The notes below the pieces were generated by a model. It ran no database searches, was not told where the DNA came from, and saw only the letters and a program-made list of their open reading frames with translations. This document shows positions 37,825 to 47,513 of a stretch of DNA of 64,000 bases, piece after piece (the stretch's first letter is position 1; every line of letters starts with the position of its first letter). This DNA is from Bacteriovoracia bacterium (lineage in GTDB: Bacteria > Bdellovibrionota > UBA1018 > JBFWNL01): positions 208,528-272,527 of the forward strand of contig JBFWNL010000006.1 of NCBI GenBank assembly GCA_050251055.1. Reading direction: 5' to 3'. The position numbers and the translations under genes are program-made.

Positions 37825-38274
37825 ATGTTAGTTATCCTGCGTGAATCGATTGATAATCTGGGTCGCATCGGCGACGTCGTGAAGGTTTCCGATGGCTATG
37901 CCCGGAACTTCCTCTTGCCCCGCGGAATGGTCGTGGCCGCCAATGAAAACAATCTGAAAGAAATCGAACACCACAAGCGCGTGCTCGAGAAGAAGCGCCT
38001 GGCCGAACGCGCCGGCGCGGAAGAACTCGCCAAGAAGCTGGGCGAGTTGACGATCACCTTCAAGCGCAAGGTCGGTAAGAACGACAAGCTCTTCGGCTCG
38101 GTCGGCGCTCCGGACATCGTCGCGGAGATCGAAAAGGCCGGCTTCACGGTGCGCAAAGGCTCCGTGCATCTGAAAGACACCCTCAAGACCCTGGGCGTGC
38201 ACTCCGTGGAAGTGAAGCTCCAGCCGGAAGTCGTCGCGACCATCAAGGTTTGGATCGCCAAAGAAGAAGAATAA
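37825..38274 (+). CDS. rplI: 50S ribosomal protein L9
   Basis: LGRIGDVVKVSDGYARNFLLP, KLFGSV. Confidence 0.98.
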   Translation: MLVILRESIDNLGRIGDVVKVSDGYARNFLLPRGMVVAANENNLKEIEHHKRVLEKKRLAERAGAEELAKKLGELTITFKRKVGKNDKLFGSVGAPDIVAEIEKAGFTVRKGSVHLKDTLKTLGVHSVEVKLQPEVVATIKVWIAKEEE

Positions 38275-38303
38275 TCGCTCTCTAGCTTTACTCGGGGGGG
38301 AGC

Positions 38304-39749
38304 ATGTCGGATTTTCCGAACGAGCGTAACGAACGTCGGAATTCCATTCCAGGGATTCCTCAAGGTCATTTGCCGCCACATAACTTGGAAGCGGAGCGCT
38401 CCGTGCTGGGCGCCGTGCTCGTCCAGAACGAAGCGATTGATCGCGTGCGCGAAGTCGGGATGGAAGCGCGCGATTTCTACAAGGATTCCCACCAGAAGAT
38501 TTTCGAAGCGGCATTGGCGCTCGCGGATCGTCGCGAACCCGTCGATCTCGTTACCCTGACCAGCTCGCTGCGCGACCGTGGCTGGTTTGATCAGATCGGC
38601 GGGACCGGCGCGCTGACCAGCCTGTTTGAGGACGCCTTCGCCGTCGGCAACGTCGCCCACTACGCGCGCATCGTGCGCGACAAGGCCGTGCAGCGTCGGA
38701 TGATCGAAGCGTGTTCCGAGATTGTCGGTACCGCGCTCGACGGCGTGGAAGACACGGAAGCGTTCCTGGACGAAGCGGAGAACAAGGTTTTCAAGGTCGC
38801 CGATCTGCACCTCGAGAACACGATCACCGAGCTTAAGAAGGTTTTGCTCGATAATATGGCCACGATCGAAGATCTGGCGCTTCGCAACGAGGACATCACG
38901 GGCTTGCCCACGGGCTTCCATGACTTCGACGCCCTGACCACGGGGTTGCACCCCGGCCAGATCATCATTATCGCCGCGCGACCCGGGATGGGGAAAACCA
39001 GCTGGTTCATCTCGGCGCTCCAGCACGCCGCCATGAAGAACGGTGCCGTGGCCGCGCTCTTTTCGCTCGAAATGTCGAAGGAAGAAATTGGCTTTCGTTT
39101 TCTCTCCGGTCTCTCGAAGATCGACTCGCGTAAGCTCAAGACGGGAAAACTGCAGGAGCGTGATTGGCGCTCGCTCGCCGCCGCCGCGGACACCCTCTCT
39201 AAGTCGCGCATCTATATCGACGATTCCGGCGGCATCACGGTCATGGACATCCGTGCCCGCTGCCGTCGATTAAAGGCAAAAGAAAAGAAACTGGATCTGG
39301 TCGTGATCGATTACCTCCAGCTGATGAAAGGCTCGAAGGCTTCGCAGCGCGGGGATAGCTCGCGCGAGCGCGAGATTTCGGAAATCAGCCGTAACTTGAA
39401 GGAGCTCGCCAAGGAGCTGCAAGTGCCGATCATCGCGCTCTCGCAGCTCAACCGCAGCGTCGAATCCCGCCAGGACAAGCGCCCGGGCCTTTCCGACCTG
39501 CGCGAGTCGGGCGCCATCGAGCAGGATGCCGACATGGTGTGCTTCATTCATCGCGAAGACTATTACGACAAGCAGTCGGAAAACCAAGGCATCGCCGAGT
39601 TCATCGTCGCTAAGAACCGCGCCGGCGAAACCTCCACCGTGAAGCTGGCGTGGCTCGCGCAGTACACGCTGTTCGAGAACCTCGCGCGTGAAGCGCCGGG
39701 GCAGCCGATCATCCGGCATCGACCCGACAAGGGCGACATCACCTTATAA
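38304..39749 (+). CDS. dnaB: Replicative DNA helicase
   Basis: PPHNLEAERSVLG, AARPGMGKT, IDYLQL, LSQLNR, DLRESGAIEQDAD; no intein. Confidence 0.98.
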   Translation: MSDFPNERNERRNSIPGIPQGHLPPHNLEAERSVLGAVLVQNEAIDRVREVGMEARDFYKDSHQKIFEAALALADRREPVDLVTLTSSLRDRGWFDQIGGTGALTSLFEDAFAVGNVAHYARIVRDKAVQRRMIEACSEIVGTALDGVEDTEAFLDEAENKVFKVADLHLENTITELKKVLLDNMATIEDLALRNEDITGLPTGFHDFDALTTGLHPGQIIIIAARPGMGKTSWFISALQHAAMKNGAVAALFSLEMSKEEIGFRFLSGLSKIDSRKLKTGKLQERDWRSLAAAADTLSKSRIYIDDSGGITVMDIRARCRRLKAKEKKLDLVVIDYLQLMKGSKASQRGDSSREREISEISRNLKELAKELQVPIIALSQLNRSVESRQDKRPGLSDLRESGAIEQDADMVCFIHREDYYDKQSENQGIAEFIVAKNRAGETSTVKLAWLAQYTLFENLAREAPGQPIIRHRPDKGDITL

Positions 39750-39771
39750 AGGTTGGACCAGGCTTCTGATC

Positions 39772-41607
39772 TCAGCTTTCGGTCGGGGGCCGCTTCGAGC
39801 GTTTTCCCCGGAGGCGATCGATGGCCTTTTTGGGCGCGCGCAGAATCAGGGATCCGAAGAGGCGCGCCATCACGGTCATGATCATCAAGAAGAGCACGAC
39901 GGTGTAGACCGACACCAGCCCGTAGGCGGTCGCGAGGAAAACATACCAGTAGAGGACGCCCAGATGGAAAACCGTGCCCAAGATCACGGCCAGGATGAGG
40001 AGCGTGATCGATCCGCCAAGGAGCAGCAGCACGTTGAGCACGCGATCTTCGGCCTTTCCTTTTGCGCGCATGAACGTCCAGAAGTACGCGGGCGGGAGCA
40101 GCAGCAAGGTCGTGAGGTAGCCGTTCTTCAAGAAGCCAGACACGATCACGATCGCCAGGACAATCGCATGGAAGGTGTGGCGCAGCTCACGCGCTTCCTC
40201 GGCGTCGTCGCGTTCGGCGAATGTGCGCTTGAAAATGAAGTAGACCCCGACGGCGAGCAACGCGACGAGGCCGATGGCCAGGAAGTTGGGGTTGTAGAGC
40301 AGGGTCGATTTTTGGGTCGCCGGGAAGGACTCGTACTGGGTGATGATCTTGAGTTCGGGCAGGAGCCGCAGGAACGCGTACGCGAGGAGCAACGAGCCGA
40401 GCAAAATGCCCATGTTCTTCGCTTCGTTCAGGAAGATCACCCGTACCCGATAGCCCGAATGCGCGCGCACGGCCGCGCCGAACTTGCTGACGCTAAATAA
40501 GATGAATGGAATAAACGCCAGGATCTGTAGAAAGGTCACGGCCCATCCGTCCAGGAAGTATGCGGCGGAAACCTTCAGGTAATTGGACTCGCGCCAGTTC
40601 TCCGGGAGCGCGGTCAGCTCGTCCAAACTGTTCATCAGCCGCTCGGCCGAAAGGCCGAAGTCCCAGAACGAGGCGGGTTTCAAGGCCTCGGCGACGTCGG
40701 CCTTCGTGTGATGGTAGTGGGACATCTGGTAGGAAAAATCCTTCGTCTGTCCCACCCAGTTGAAAGCAGGGATGCCGGCCTGCAGGAGCGGTCCATGGTC
40801 GGCGGCGGGGATGAGAATGGAGCGCTCGATGAACTCCATGAAGTTCTTGAAGTCGCGCGCCTCCACGGGGCGGCCCGTCGACTCGATCGAGCGCAGCGCC
40901 ATCTCGCGTAGCCAGAGCGGGGTGAACCCCTCCTTCAGGCCGTCGCACAGCGTGAGAATGGCGACCTGATCCTCGGGCGCGACGAAATCCAAGTTGATCG
41001 CCGCGATGATTTTCTGCGCGTTTACGTAAGATTTGGCGAATGCGCGCGCGCCCCAGAAGGCGCCGAACTCTTCGCTATCCGTTAGTAGGAACACGATCGA
41101 GCGCTTGGTCTCCCGGCTGGCGAACACGCGCGCAAGCTCGAGCACGACGCCGACGCCCGAGGCGTCGTCCATGGCGCCTTCCTCGGTCGTATCCGTCGTG
41201 TCGAAGTGGGCGACGACCGCGATGTACTCGTCGGGTTTCTCGGTGCCTTTCTTCTCGACGTAAATGTTGTTGAGATCGGTGTAGTTCTTTCCCTCGATCA
41301 CTTCCGAGAAGAACATGTCTTTGTGGGCATAGCCCATTCCGCGCAGCTGCTCTTTCAGCCACCGGGCCGCGTGCCGACGGTTTTCGTGCCAAGGCAGGCG
41401 GTGGGGGAATCGCTTGGCCAGCGTCTTCATTTGTTCAAAGGCGCGGTCCCCGTTGAATTCGAGCGGACGTCCATCCAGGGGAAGTTGCTCGATCTTCCGA
41501 AGCGCTACGCCCGCGAACACGAGCGAGATCAGCATGCACACGAGCGAGCTACGGACGAAGATTTCCCAGGGGGTGTACTTCAGCTGCTTACGCAAAGCGG
41601 CACGCAT
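39772..41607 (-). CDS. Membrane-bound M28 family peptidase
   Basis: VAHFDT, GAMDDASG, DSEEFG, INLD, ADH, YHHTKAD; multi-TM C-terminus. Start is uncertain (41607 or 41658). Confidence 0.85.
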   Translation of the reverse strand: MRAALRKQLKYTPWEIFVRSSLVCMLISLVFAGVALRKIEQLPLDGRPLEFNGDRAFEQMKTLAKRFPHRLPWHENRRHAARWLKEQLRGMGYAHKDMFFSEVIEGKNYTDLNNIYVEKKGTEKPDEYIAVVAHFDTTDTTEEGAMDDASGVGVVLELARVFASRETKRSIVFLLTDSEEFGAFWGARAFAKSYVNAQKIIAAINLDFVAPEDQVAILTLCDGLKEGFTPLWLREMALRSIESTGRPVEARDFKNFMEFIERSILIPAADHGPLLQAGIPAFNWVGQTKDFSYQMSHYHHTKADVAEALKPASFWDFGLSAERLMNSLDELTALPENWRESNYLKVSAAYFLDGWAVTFLQILAFIPFILFSVSKFGAAVRAHSGYRVRVIFLNEAKNMGILLGSLLLAYAFLRLLPELKIITQYESFPATQKSTLLYNPNFLAIGLVALLAVGVYFIFKRTFAERDDAEEARELRHTFHAIVLAIVIVSGFLKNGYLTTLLLLPPAYFWTFMRAKGKAEDRVLNVLLLLGGSITLLILAVILGTVFHLGVLYWYVFLATAYGLVSVYTVVLFLMIMTVMARLFGSLILRAPKKAIDRLRGKRSKRPPTES

Positions 41608-41802
41608 CGCAGCATTCTGCCATCCGTTCTGAGAAGGTGCCAGGCAACTTTTAACCACGCATTGCGTATATTGCGCTGCGTTGTTTTGGTAGTCTAGGAA
41701 AGGATCGAACTAAAACAAAACAGTGCGCTAATAAGTGTTTAATGCGCTGCATATCAAAAAAGTTGCCTGGCACCTTTCGCGGTTTGGCTTAAGATATTCG
41801 GC

Positions 41803-42792
41803 ATGCCTCTAGACGTCCAAGCCCTCACCGAAGAGATCAAGCGCCGTAGTCAGTTCGTGGATGTAGTCCTGGGAGAAGCCGGAAAGGTAGTCGTTGGCCA
41901 GAAGACGCTGGTCGAGCGCTTGCTGCTCGCGCTTCTCTGCGACGGGCACGTCCTGCTCGAGGGTTTACCAGGACTTGCGAAGACCCTCAGTATCAAGACG
42001 CTCGCCGACATCCTGCAAGCGAGCTTCCAGCGCATCCAGTTCACGCCCGACCTGCTCCCTTCGGATCTCGTGGGTACCATGATCTTCAACCAGAAGACGG
42101 GAGAGTTCACGCCGAAGAAGGGCCCGATTTTTTCTCAGCTCGTGCTCGCCGACGAAATCAACCGCGCGCCCGCGAAGGTGCAGAGCGCGCTTCTCGAAGC
42201 GATGGGCGAGCATCAGGTCACGATCGGCGAAACGACGTACACGCTCGAGCGTCCGTTCATCGTGCTGGCGACGCAAAACCCCATCGAACAAGAAGGTACC
42301 TACCCGCTGCCGGAAGCGCAGCTGGATCGCTTTTTATTCAAGGTTCGCGTCGACTATCCCACGTTTAACGAAGAGCGGGACATCCTAGATCGCATGTCGG
42401 GAACGCAGGCGCCGAAGGCCACGAAGGTCTGCCATCCGCAAACCATCCTCGACGCCCGCGAGATCTGCTCGCAAATCTACATGGATGAAAAGCTGAAGTA
42501 TTACATCCTGGGCATCGTGTTCGCCACGCGTTTCCCGGAGAAGTACGGCCTACCGGATCTCAAGCAGCATATTCAGGTGGGGGCTTCCCCGCGCGCGACC
42601 ATTTCGCTCGCGCGCGCGAGCCGTGGGAATGCCTTCATTAAGCATCGGGGATTTGTTACACCGGAAGACGTGAAGTCGGTGGCCTACGACGTGCTTCGCC
42701 ACCGCATCCTGGTTTCTTTCGAGGCGGAAGCCGAAGGCATCAACTCGGAACAAATCATCAAACGGATCCTGGAGAAGGTGGAAGTGCCGTAA
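41803..42792 (+). CDS. moxR: MoxR family AAA+ ATPase
   Basis: LLEGLPGLAKT, RIQFTPDLLPSD, DEINRAPAKVQSALLEAM, GASPRA. Confidence 0.95.
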   Translation: MPLDVQALTEEIKRRSQFVDVVLGEAGKVVVGQKTLVERLLLALLCDGHVLLEGLPGLAKTLSIKTLADILQASFQRIQFTPDLLPSDLVGTMIFNQKTGEFTPKKGPIFSQLVLADEINRAPAKVQSALLEAMGEHQVTIGETTYTLERPFIVLATQNPIEQEGTYPLPEAQLDRFLFKVRVDYPTFNEERDILDRMSGTQAPKATKVCHPQTILDAREICSQIYMDEKLKYYILGIVFATRFPEKYGLPDLKQHIQVGASPRATISLARASRGNAFIKHRGFVTPEDVKSVAYDVLRHRILVSFEAEAEGINSEQIIKRILEKVEVP

Positions 42793-42810
42793 GGCCGGTG
42801 CAGGTCGAAC

Positions 42811-43698
42811 ATGGCCCACGTGCTTTCGGAAGAACTCCTCAGAAAAGTCCGTCAGATCGAGGTCACCACGCGCAAGGTGGTCACCGACGTCATGACCGGG
42901 CAGTACCGCAGCCAATTCAAGGGGCATGGCGTGCAGTTCTCCGAGCACCGGGTTTACCTGCCGGGCGACGACATCCGTCACATCGATTGGAAGGCGAGCG
43001 CCAAGGGGCGCGACACCCTCATCAAGAAATTCGAAGAAGAACGCGAACTGACCGTGTTTTTGGTCGTGGACCTGTCGGGTTCCCAGGGCTTCGGCTCGAG
43101 CGCGAAGCTGAAGGCGGAGGTGTCGGCCGAGCTCGCGTCGATGCTCGCCTATGCGGCCGTGCACACGGGCGACCGGGTGGGCGCGTTGCTTTTCGCCGGG
43201 GAAGTGGAAGAGGTCGTGCCGCCGCAGAAAGGGCGCATGCACGTACTGCGCATCGTGCGCAAGATCCTAGGCTTTCAGCCGAAAACGAAAGGCACGGACC
43301 TCAAGGGCGCGCTCGAGGCGGCGGACCGGGTGATGAAGCACGCCGGCGTGGTTTTCGTGCTCAGCGATTTCATGGCCCAGGGCTACGACGCCCCCCTGAA
43401 AAAGCTCGCGCGGCGTCACGACGTCGTCGCGATCTGGATCGGCGACGAGCGCGAGCAGGAAGTACCGACCTCCGGGCTTTTTCACTTCGTGGATCCGGAG
43501 ACGGGCCAAGAGAGCGTGGTCAATACGGGCTCCTTCGCGTTCCGGCGCTGGATCAAGGATTACTTCGCGCGCTTCAAGGCCGAGACCGAGCAGCGCTTAA
43601 AAAGCGGCAAGATCGATCAGCTGAGAATCTCAACCAAAGAGGACTACGCGGATGCCCTGGTGCGGTATTTCCGAAAACGCTCGTCGCGGCGCCGGTAG
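42811..43698 (+). CDS. DUF58 domain protein
   Basis: GQYRSQFKGHGVQFSEHRVYLPGDDIRHIDW, FEEERE, LSDF. Confidence 0.92.
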   Translation: MAHVLSEELLRKVRQIEVTTRKVVTDVMTGQYRSQFKGHGVQFSEHRVYLPGDDIRHIDWKASAKGRDTLIKKFEEERELTVFLVVDLSGSQGFGSSAKLKAEVSAELASMLAYAAVHTGDRVGALLFAGEVEEVVPPQKGRMHVLRIVRKILGFQPKTKGTDLKGALEAADRVMKHAGVVFVLSDFMAQGYDAPLKKLARRHDVVAIWIGDEREQEVPTSGLFHFVDPETGQESVVNTGSFAFRRWIKDYFARFKAETEQRLKSGKIDQLRISTKEDYADALVRYFRKRSSRRR

Positions 43699-44731
43699 CG
43701 CACGATCAGCTTTTTTCGCCCGTGGCTGGCGAGGCGGAATTGCGGCCGCGTGGATGGCGGCCCTCGTCTGGGGTGCGCCCGCGTCCGGCGCCGATAGCGC
43801 GCTGGATTTGGATTTCCTGAAGCACCCGGTAAAGCCGGTCGAGTGGGATTCCCCGCCCCCCGAGAAGATCGTGCTCGGTGACCAGCTGAAGCTGAAGATC
43901 ACCGATTTGAACGAGGCCGCCGCGAGTGAAGCAGGCGACCTGCAGCTGAAGTCCCCCGAGCAAGGCAAGGACCTGCGCGATCTGGGTTGGGCGCTTCTCC
44001 CTCCCGCGCCACCCGCGCCCGGGGAACCGGGCGTGCTTCGCCTGATCGCCGTGCCGCTAAAATCCGGCAAGCTCATGCTCCCCTCGCTCGCCATCGTGGG
44101 CAAGGACGGCCAGACGTTCGCGCGCTCGAACCCATTTCCGGTGGAGGTCATCGGACCCGAGGCGGAGAACGGCGGGCAGGAAATCAAGCCGGCGGAGTTG
44201 AAGGATCCGGTGAAGCTTTCTTTTCCTTGGATGGCGGTGGCGTTCTTCACCTTGCTGATCTTGGGCATCGTCGGTGCGATCGTGTACGCGGCGATTCGTT
44301 GGTCGCGCGGAAAGCGCAAATCCGCCGAGAACCCATTGCCCGCGGCCCCGCCCATTCCCTACGATCTTGCCGCCTTGAATGCGCTCACGGCGCTCGCGGA
44401 GAAAGAGCTTTGGAAGATCGGGAAGTTCAAACAACACTACTTCCGCGTGTCGGAGATCATAAAAGTGTACCTGGGCGAACGGTATGACTTCGATGCTCCC
44501 GAATCCACGTCCTCCGAGATCGTGGCCCAGCTCGAAGCCTTGGGCGCGGCCGACCAAGTGGTCGACCAGGTCGAAAAATTCTTCGACAACGTAGATATCA
44601 TTAAATTTGCCGATTCCGTGCCGACGCCGGAAGACGCGCAGCTGGCGATTAAGCTCGCTCGTCGCATCGTCGAGGGCACGCGCAAGCTTCCCGAAGTGAC
44701 GTTGCCCCCCCCGGGAGGCCGGACGTCATGA
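43652..44731 (+). CDS. Bat-operon membrane protein (BatD-like/DUF4381-like)
   Basis: Ig-like N-part, single TM, KVYLGERY..ESTSSE, IKFA; located between DUF58 and batA. True start is uncertain (ATG 43754 possible). Confidence 0.7.
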   Translation: MPWCGISENARRGAGSARSAFFARGWRGGIAAAWMAALVWGAPASGADSALDLDFLKHPVKPVEWDSPPPEKIVLGDQLKLKITDLNEAAASEAGDLQLKSPEQGKDLRDLGWALLPPAPPAPGEPGVLRLIAVPLKSGKLMLPSLAIVGKDGQTFARSNPFPVEVIGPEAENGGQEIKPAELKDPVKLSFPWMAVAFFTLLILGIVGAIVYAAIRWSRGKRKSAENPLPAAPPIPYDLAALNALTALAEKELWKIGKFKQHYFRVSEIIKVYLGERYDFDAPESTSSEIVAQLEALGAADQVVDQVEKFFDNVDIIKFADSVPTPEDAQLAIKLARRIVEGTRKLPEVTLPPPGGRTS

Positions 44732-45717
44732 GGGATTTCGGTTTCGGATCTTGGTACTTTTTATTGATCCTCCTGCTCATCCCGCTTCTGCATCGTTGGT
44801 GGTTTCGGCGCAACCTGCCGGCCCGCACGCGGTTCTCGCTGCCGATCCCGGAGGCTTTGCGCAACTCTAGCCCCGTGAAGTGGCTGATGGCCTTGCGCTA
44901 CGCGGGCATCGCTTGCCTGCTCGTAGCGCTCGCGCGCCCGCAGCAGGAGCATCGTCAAATCCAGCGCAATGTCGACGGCATCGACATCATGCTCGTGATG
45001 GACGTTTCGGCGAGCATGAAGATCGAGGATCTGGGCGAGGCCTCGCGCTTCGAGATCGCCAAGGACACCTTGCGCGGCTTCATTAAGGGGCGGCAGAATG
45101 ATCGCATCGGGTTCGTCGTGTTCAGCGGCGAGGCGTTCACGATGGCGCCGCCGACCCTTGATTACTCGCTCGTGCTGAAGGCCGTGCAAGACGTAAACAT
45201 GGGCGTGCTCAAAGACGGTACGGCCATCGGCGACGGATTGACCGTGGGTGTGAACCGATTGAAAAATTCCACGGCCAAGAGTCGGGTCATCGTATTGCTC
45301 ACAGACGGCGAAAACAACGTGGGTAAGGTCGACCCGGTGACGGCGGGCGAGCTCGCGGCCGGTTACGGGCTGAAGGTTTACTCCATCGCCATCGGGCGCG
45401 AGGGCCGCGTGCGGTTGCCCATCGATCACGAGGTGTTCGGCCGCGCGGTGCGCAGCTACCAGTACTTCGACAATCAGCTCAATACGGAGCTGTTGGAGAA
45501 AATTTCGGCCAATACGAACGGTAAGTTTTACCGTGTCACCGATGAGAGCGCGCTGCAGTCGGTGTTCAAGGAAATCGACCAGTTGGAGCGTACGACCCAA
45601 AAGGCGAACGAACGCGTGACTTATACGGATTTCTTCGAGGGCCCGCTGCGCTGGGGGTTTCTGCTCCTGCTGCTAGAGCAGCTCTTGGCCGTGGTCTGGT
45701 GGAGGATTCTCCCATGA
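44728..45717 (+). CDS. batA: vWA domain protein BatA
   Basis: VALARPQ, DVSASM (MIDAS), DRIGFVVF, GTAIGDG, LLTDGENN. Confidence 0.88.
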   Translation: MRDFGFGSWYFLLILLLIPLLHRWWFRRNLPARTRFSLPIPEALRNSSPVKWLMALRYAGIACLLVALARPQQEHRQIQRNVDGIDIMLVMDVSASMKIEDLGEASRFEIAKDTLRGFIKGRQNDRIGFVVFSGEAFTMAPPTLDYSLVLKAVQDVNMGVLKDGTAIGDGLTVGVNRLKNSTAKSRVIVLLTDGENNVGKVDPVTAGELAAGYGLKVYSIAIGREGRVRLPIDHEVFGRAVRSYQYFDNQLNTELLEKISANTNGKFYRVTDESALQSVFKEIDQLERTTQKANERVTYTDFFEGPLRWGFLLLLLEQLLAVVWWRILP

Positions 45718-47513
45718 GGTTTGCCGCTCCCCAATGGCTTTGGGCTTTGCTCCTCCTGCCGATTCTGTACGGCTACGTGGTCTGGGAGCTACGCCGGCGT
45801 CGCCAGATGTATGCGCGTTTCGCGGATTCCGCGGTTTGGCGCGTGATCGCCCCCGAGCTGGATTGGCAGGCGCGTCTGCGTAAGGGCGTCGTCTGGTTAC
45901 TCGCGCTTGGGATGATGATCCTAGCGCTCGCGAGGCCTCAGTGGGGCACGCACGAGGAGTCGGTGAAGCTTAATGGACTGGATCTCGTGGTGGCGCTCGA
46001 TGTTTCCAATAGCATGTACGTCGAGGATTTCGTCCCGAGCCGCTTAAAAAAAGCCAAGCATGCCATCCGCAACCTCGTCGCCCAGTTAAAAGGCGATCGG
46101 GTGGGGTTGGTGATTTTCGCGGGGAGCGCATACCTGGCTTCTCCGCTAACCACCGACATAGAATATTTTCTGGAAGTGTTGGAGACCGCGAGTCCCGAAG
46201 CTATTTCCAACCAGGGTACCGATATTGGCCTCGCGCTCGATACGTCGGCGCGCGCGCTGGAGCGCGCCGCCGAAGATCGCAGCGGCGCAAAACCCAGCGA
46301 GGGCGGCGCCGCGGGCGGGCCGGCGACGAAAGTCGTGCTGCTGATCTCCGATGGCGAAGACCTTGAGGAAGGCATCGGCGCCGGCATCGAGGCGGTTAAG
46401 AAAGCGGGCGCCCGCTTTTTCGCCATGGGGATCGGCACGGAAAAGGGCGGCCCCGTGCCTATCCGCGATGACTCGGGAATTCTCGTGGGTTTCAAGAAAG
46501 ATGAAAAACGTCAGCCGGTGGTGAGCCGGTTTCGGCCGGCCGCGCTGGCGAGCCTCACGCAGCAGCTGGCCGGGCGATACTGGGACATCAGCCCGAACGA
46601 AGGGGAAGTGGACGAGTTTTTACAGGAGATTGGAGCGCTTGAGCGGGGCGAGTTCAGCGAGCGAACTTACCTGGTTTATGAGAACCGCTATCAGATTCCT
46701 CTCTTCTTCGCCGTCTTGCTGCTCTTGCTGGAGCTTTCTTTTCGTGCCCACCGTCGGGTGGCGTTGGGGTTCCTGCTGTTTCTCCTAGCGGCGGGCGCGG
46801 CGCCCGCCCAGGCCGCCCCTGGTTTGGGAGTTTATCTGGAAAACGAGGCGGGCCTGAAAGCGTACCAGCAAGAAAACCTCGAAGAAGCCAAGAAGCACTT
46901 TGGCGCGGCCCAGGCCCAAAGTCCGCAAAGTCCCGAGCTCATGTACAACCAGGGCGTGATCCAGCACAAAAGCGGGAACCCTAAGGAAGCGGCGATGGCC
47001 TTTGATCAGGCGGCGCGGGATGCGCGCGCGGCGGGCCGCCCGGATCTGGCGGGCAAGATGTATTACAACCTGGGTAGCTCCATGGAAAAGACCAAGGACT
47101 ATGACCAGGCCGTGATGGCCTATCTGAATTCAATCGAGCAAACCAAGGCATCCGGCGATAAGGAGCTAGAGCTCGAAGCCCGTAAACGCCTTGAAGCGAT
47201 GATTCAGCAGGCCCAGCAGGAAAAACAGCAGAAGCAGGAGCAGAACGGGGATTCCGATCCGAATAAAAAAGATCAGCAAAAACAAGCCGGCGGTAAGGAT
47301 GATCAAAAACAAGATCAGTCCGGCGATCAAAAGCAGGATCAGAAACAAGCCGGCGGGTATCAAGAGAAGAAGCGCCAGCAGTACCAATCCGAAAAGCTCT
47401 CCAAAGAGGACGCGGATCGGGTGATGGCGGAGCTTTCCAACCGGGAAAAAGATCTTCAGAAAAAGATGAAAAAGCAGGATAAAGTCAGGCAAACCCAGCA
47501 AAAGGACTGGTGA
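45714..47513 (+). CDS. batB: vWA + TPR protein (BatB/BatC fusion) with Gln/Lys/Asp-rich tail
   Basis: ALARPQWG, DVSNSM, ISDGED, TPRs (YNQG, YNLG), DQKQ repeats, terminal KDW. Confidence 0.82.
   Translation: MRFAAPQWLWALLLLPILYGYVVWELRRRRQMYARFADSAVWRVIAPELDWQARLRKGVVWLLALGMMILALARPQWGTHEESVKLNGLDLVVALDVSNSMYVEDFVPSRLKKAKHAIRNLVAQLKGDRVGLVIFAGSAYLASPLTTDIEYFLEVLETASPEAISNQGTDIGLALDTSARALERAAEDRSGAKPSEGGAAGGPATKVVLLISDGEDLEEGIGAGIEAVKKAGARFFAMGIGTEKGGPVPIRDDSGILVGFKKDEKRQPVVSRFRPAALASLTQQLAGRYWDISPNEGEVDEFLQEIGALERGEFSERTYLVYENRYQIPLFFAVLLLLLELSFRAHRRVALGFLLFLLAAGAAPAQAAPGLGVYLENEAGLKAYQQENLEEAKKHFGAAQAQSPQSPELMYNQGVIQHKSGNPKEAAMAFDQAARDARAAGRPDLAGKMYYNLGSSMEKTKDYDQAVMAYLNSIEQTKASGDKELELEARKRLEAMIQQAQQEKQQKQEQNGDSDPNKKDQQKQAGGKDDQKQDQSGDQKQDQKQAGGYQEKKRQQYQSEKLSKEDADRVMAELSNREKDLQKKMKKQDKVRQTQQKDW

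Noticed and set aside
42798-43820. 340-aa alternative-frame ORF over the DUF58 gene
   Set aside because: Arg/Ala/Gly-rich off-frame translation; the DUF58 frame carries the conserved motifs.
47200-47400. Short GATCA(A/G)AA-type repeats
   Set aside because: They encode the usual Gln/Lys/Asp low-complexity linker of BatB/BatC proteins.
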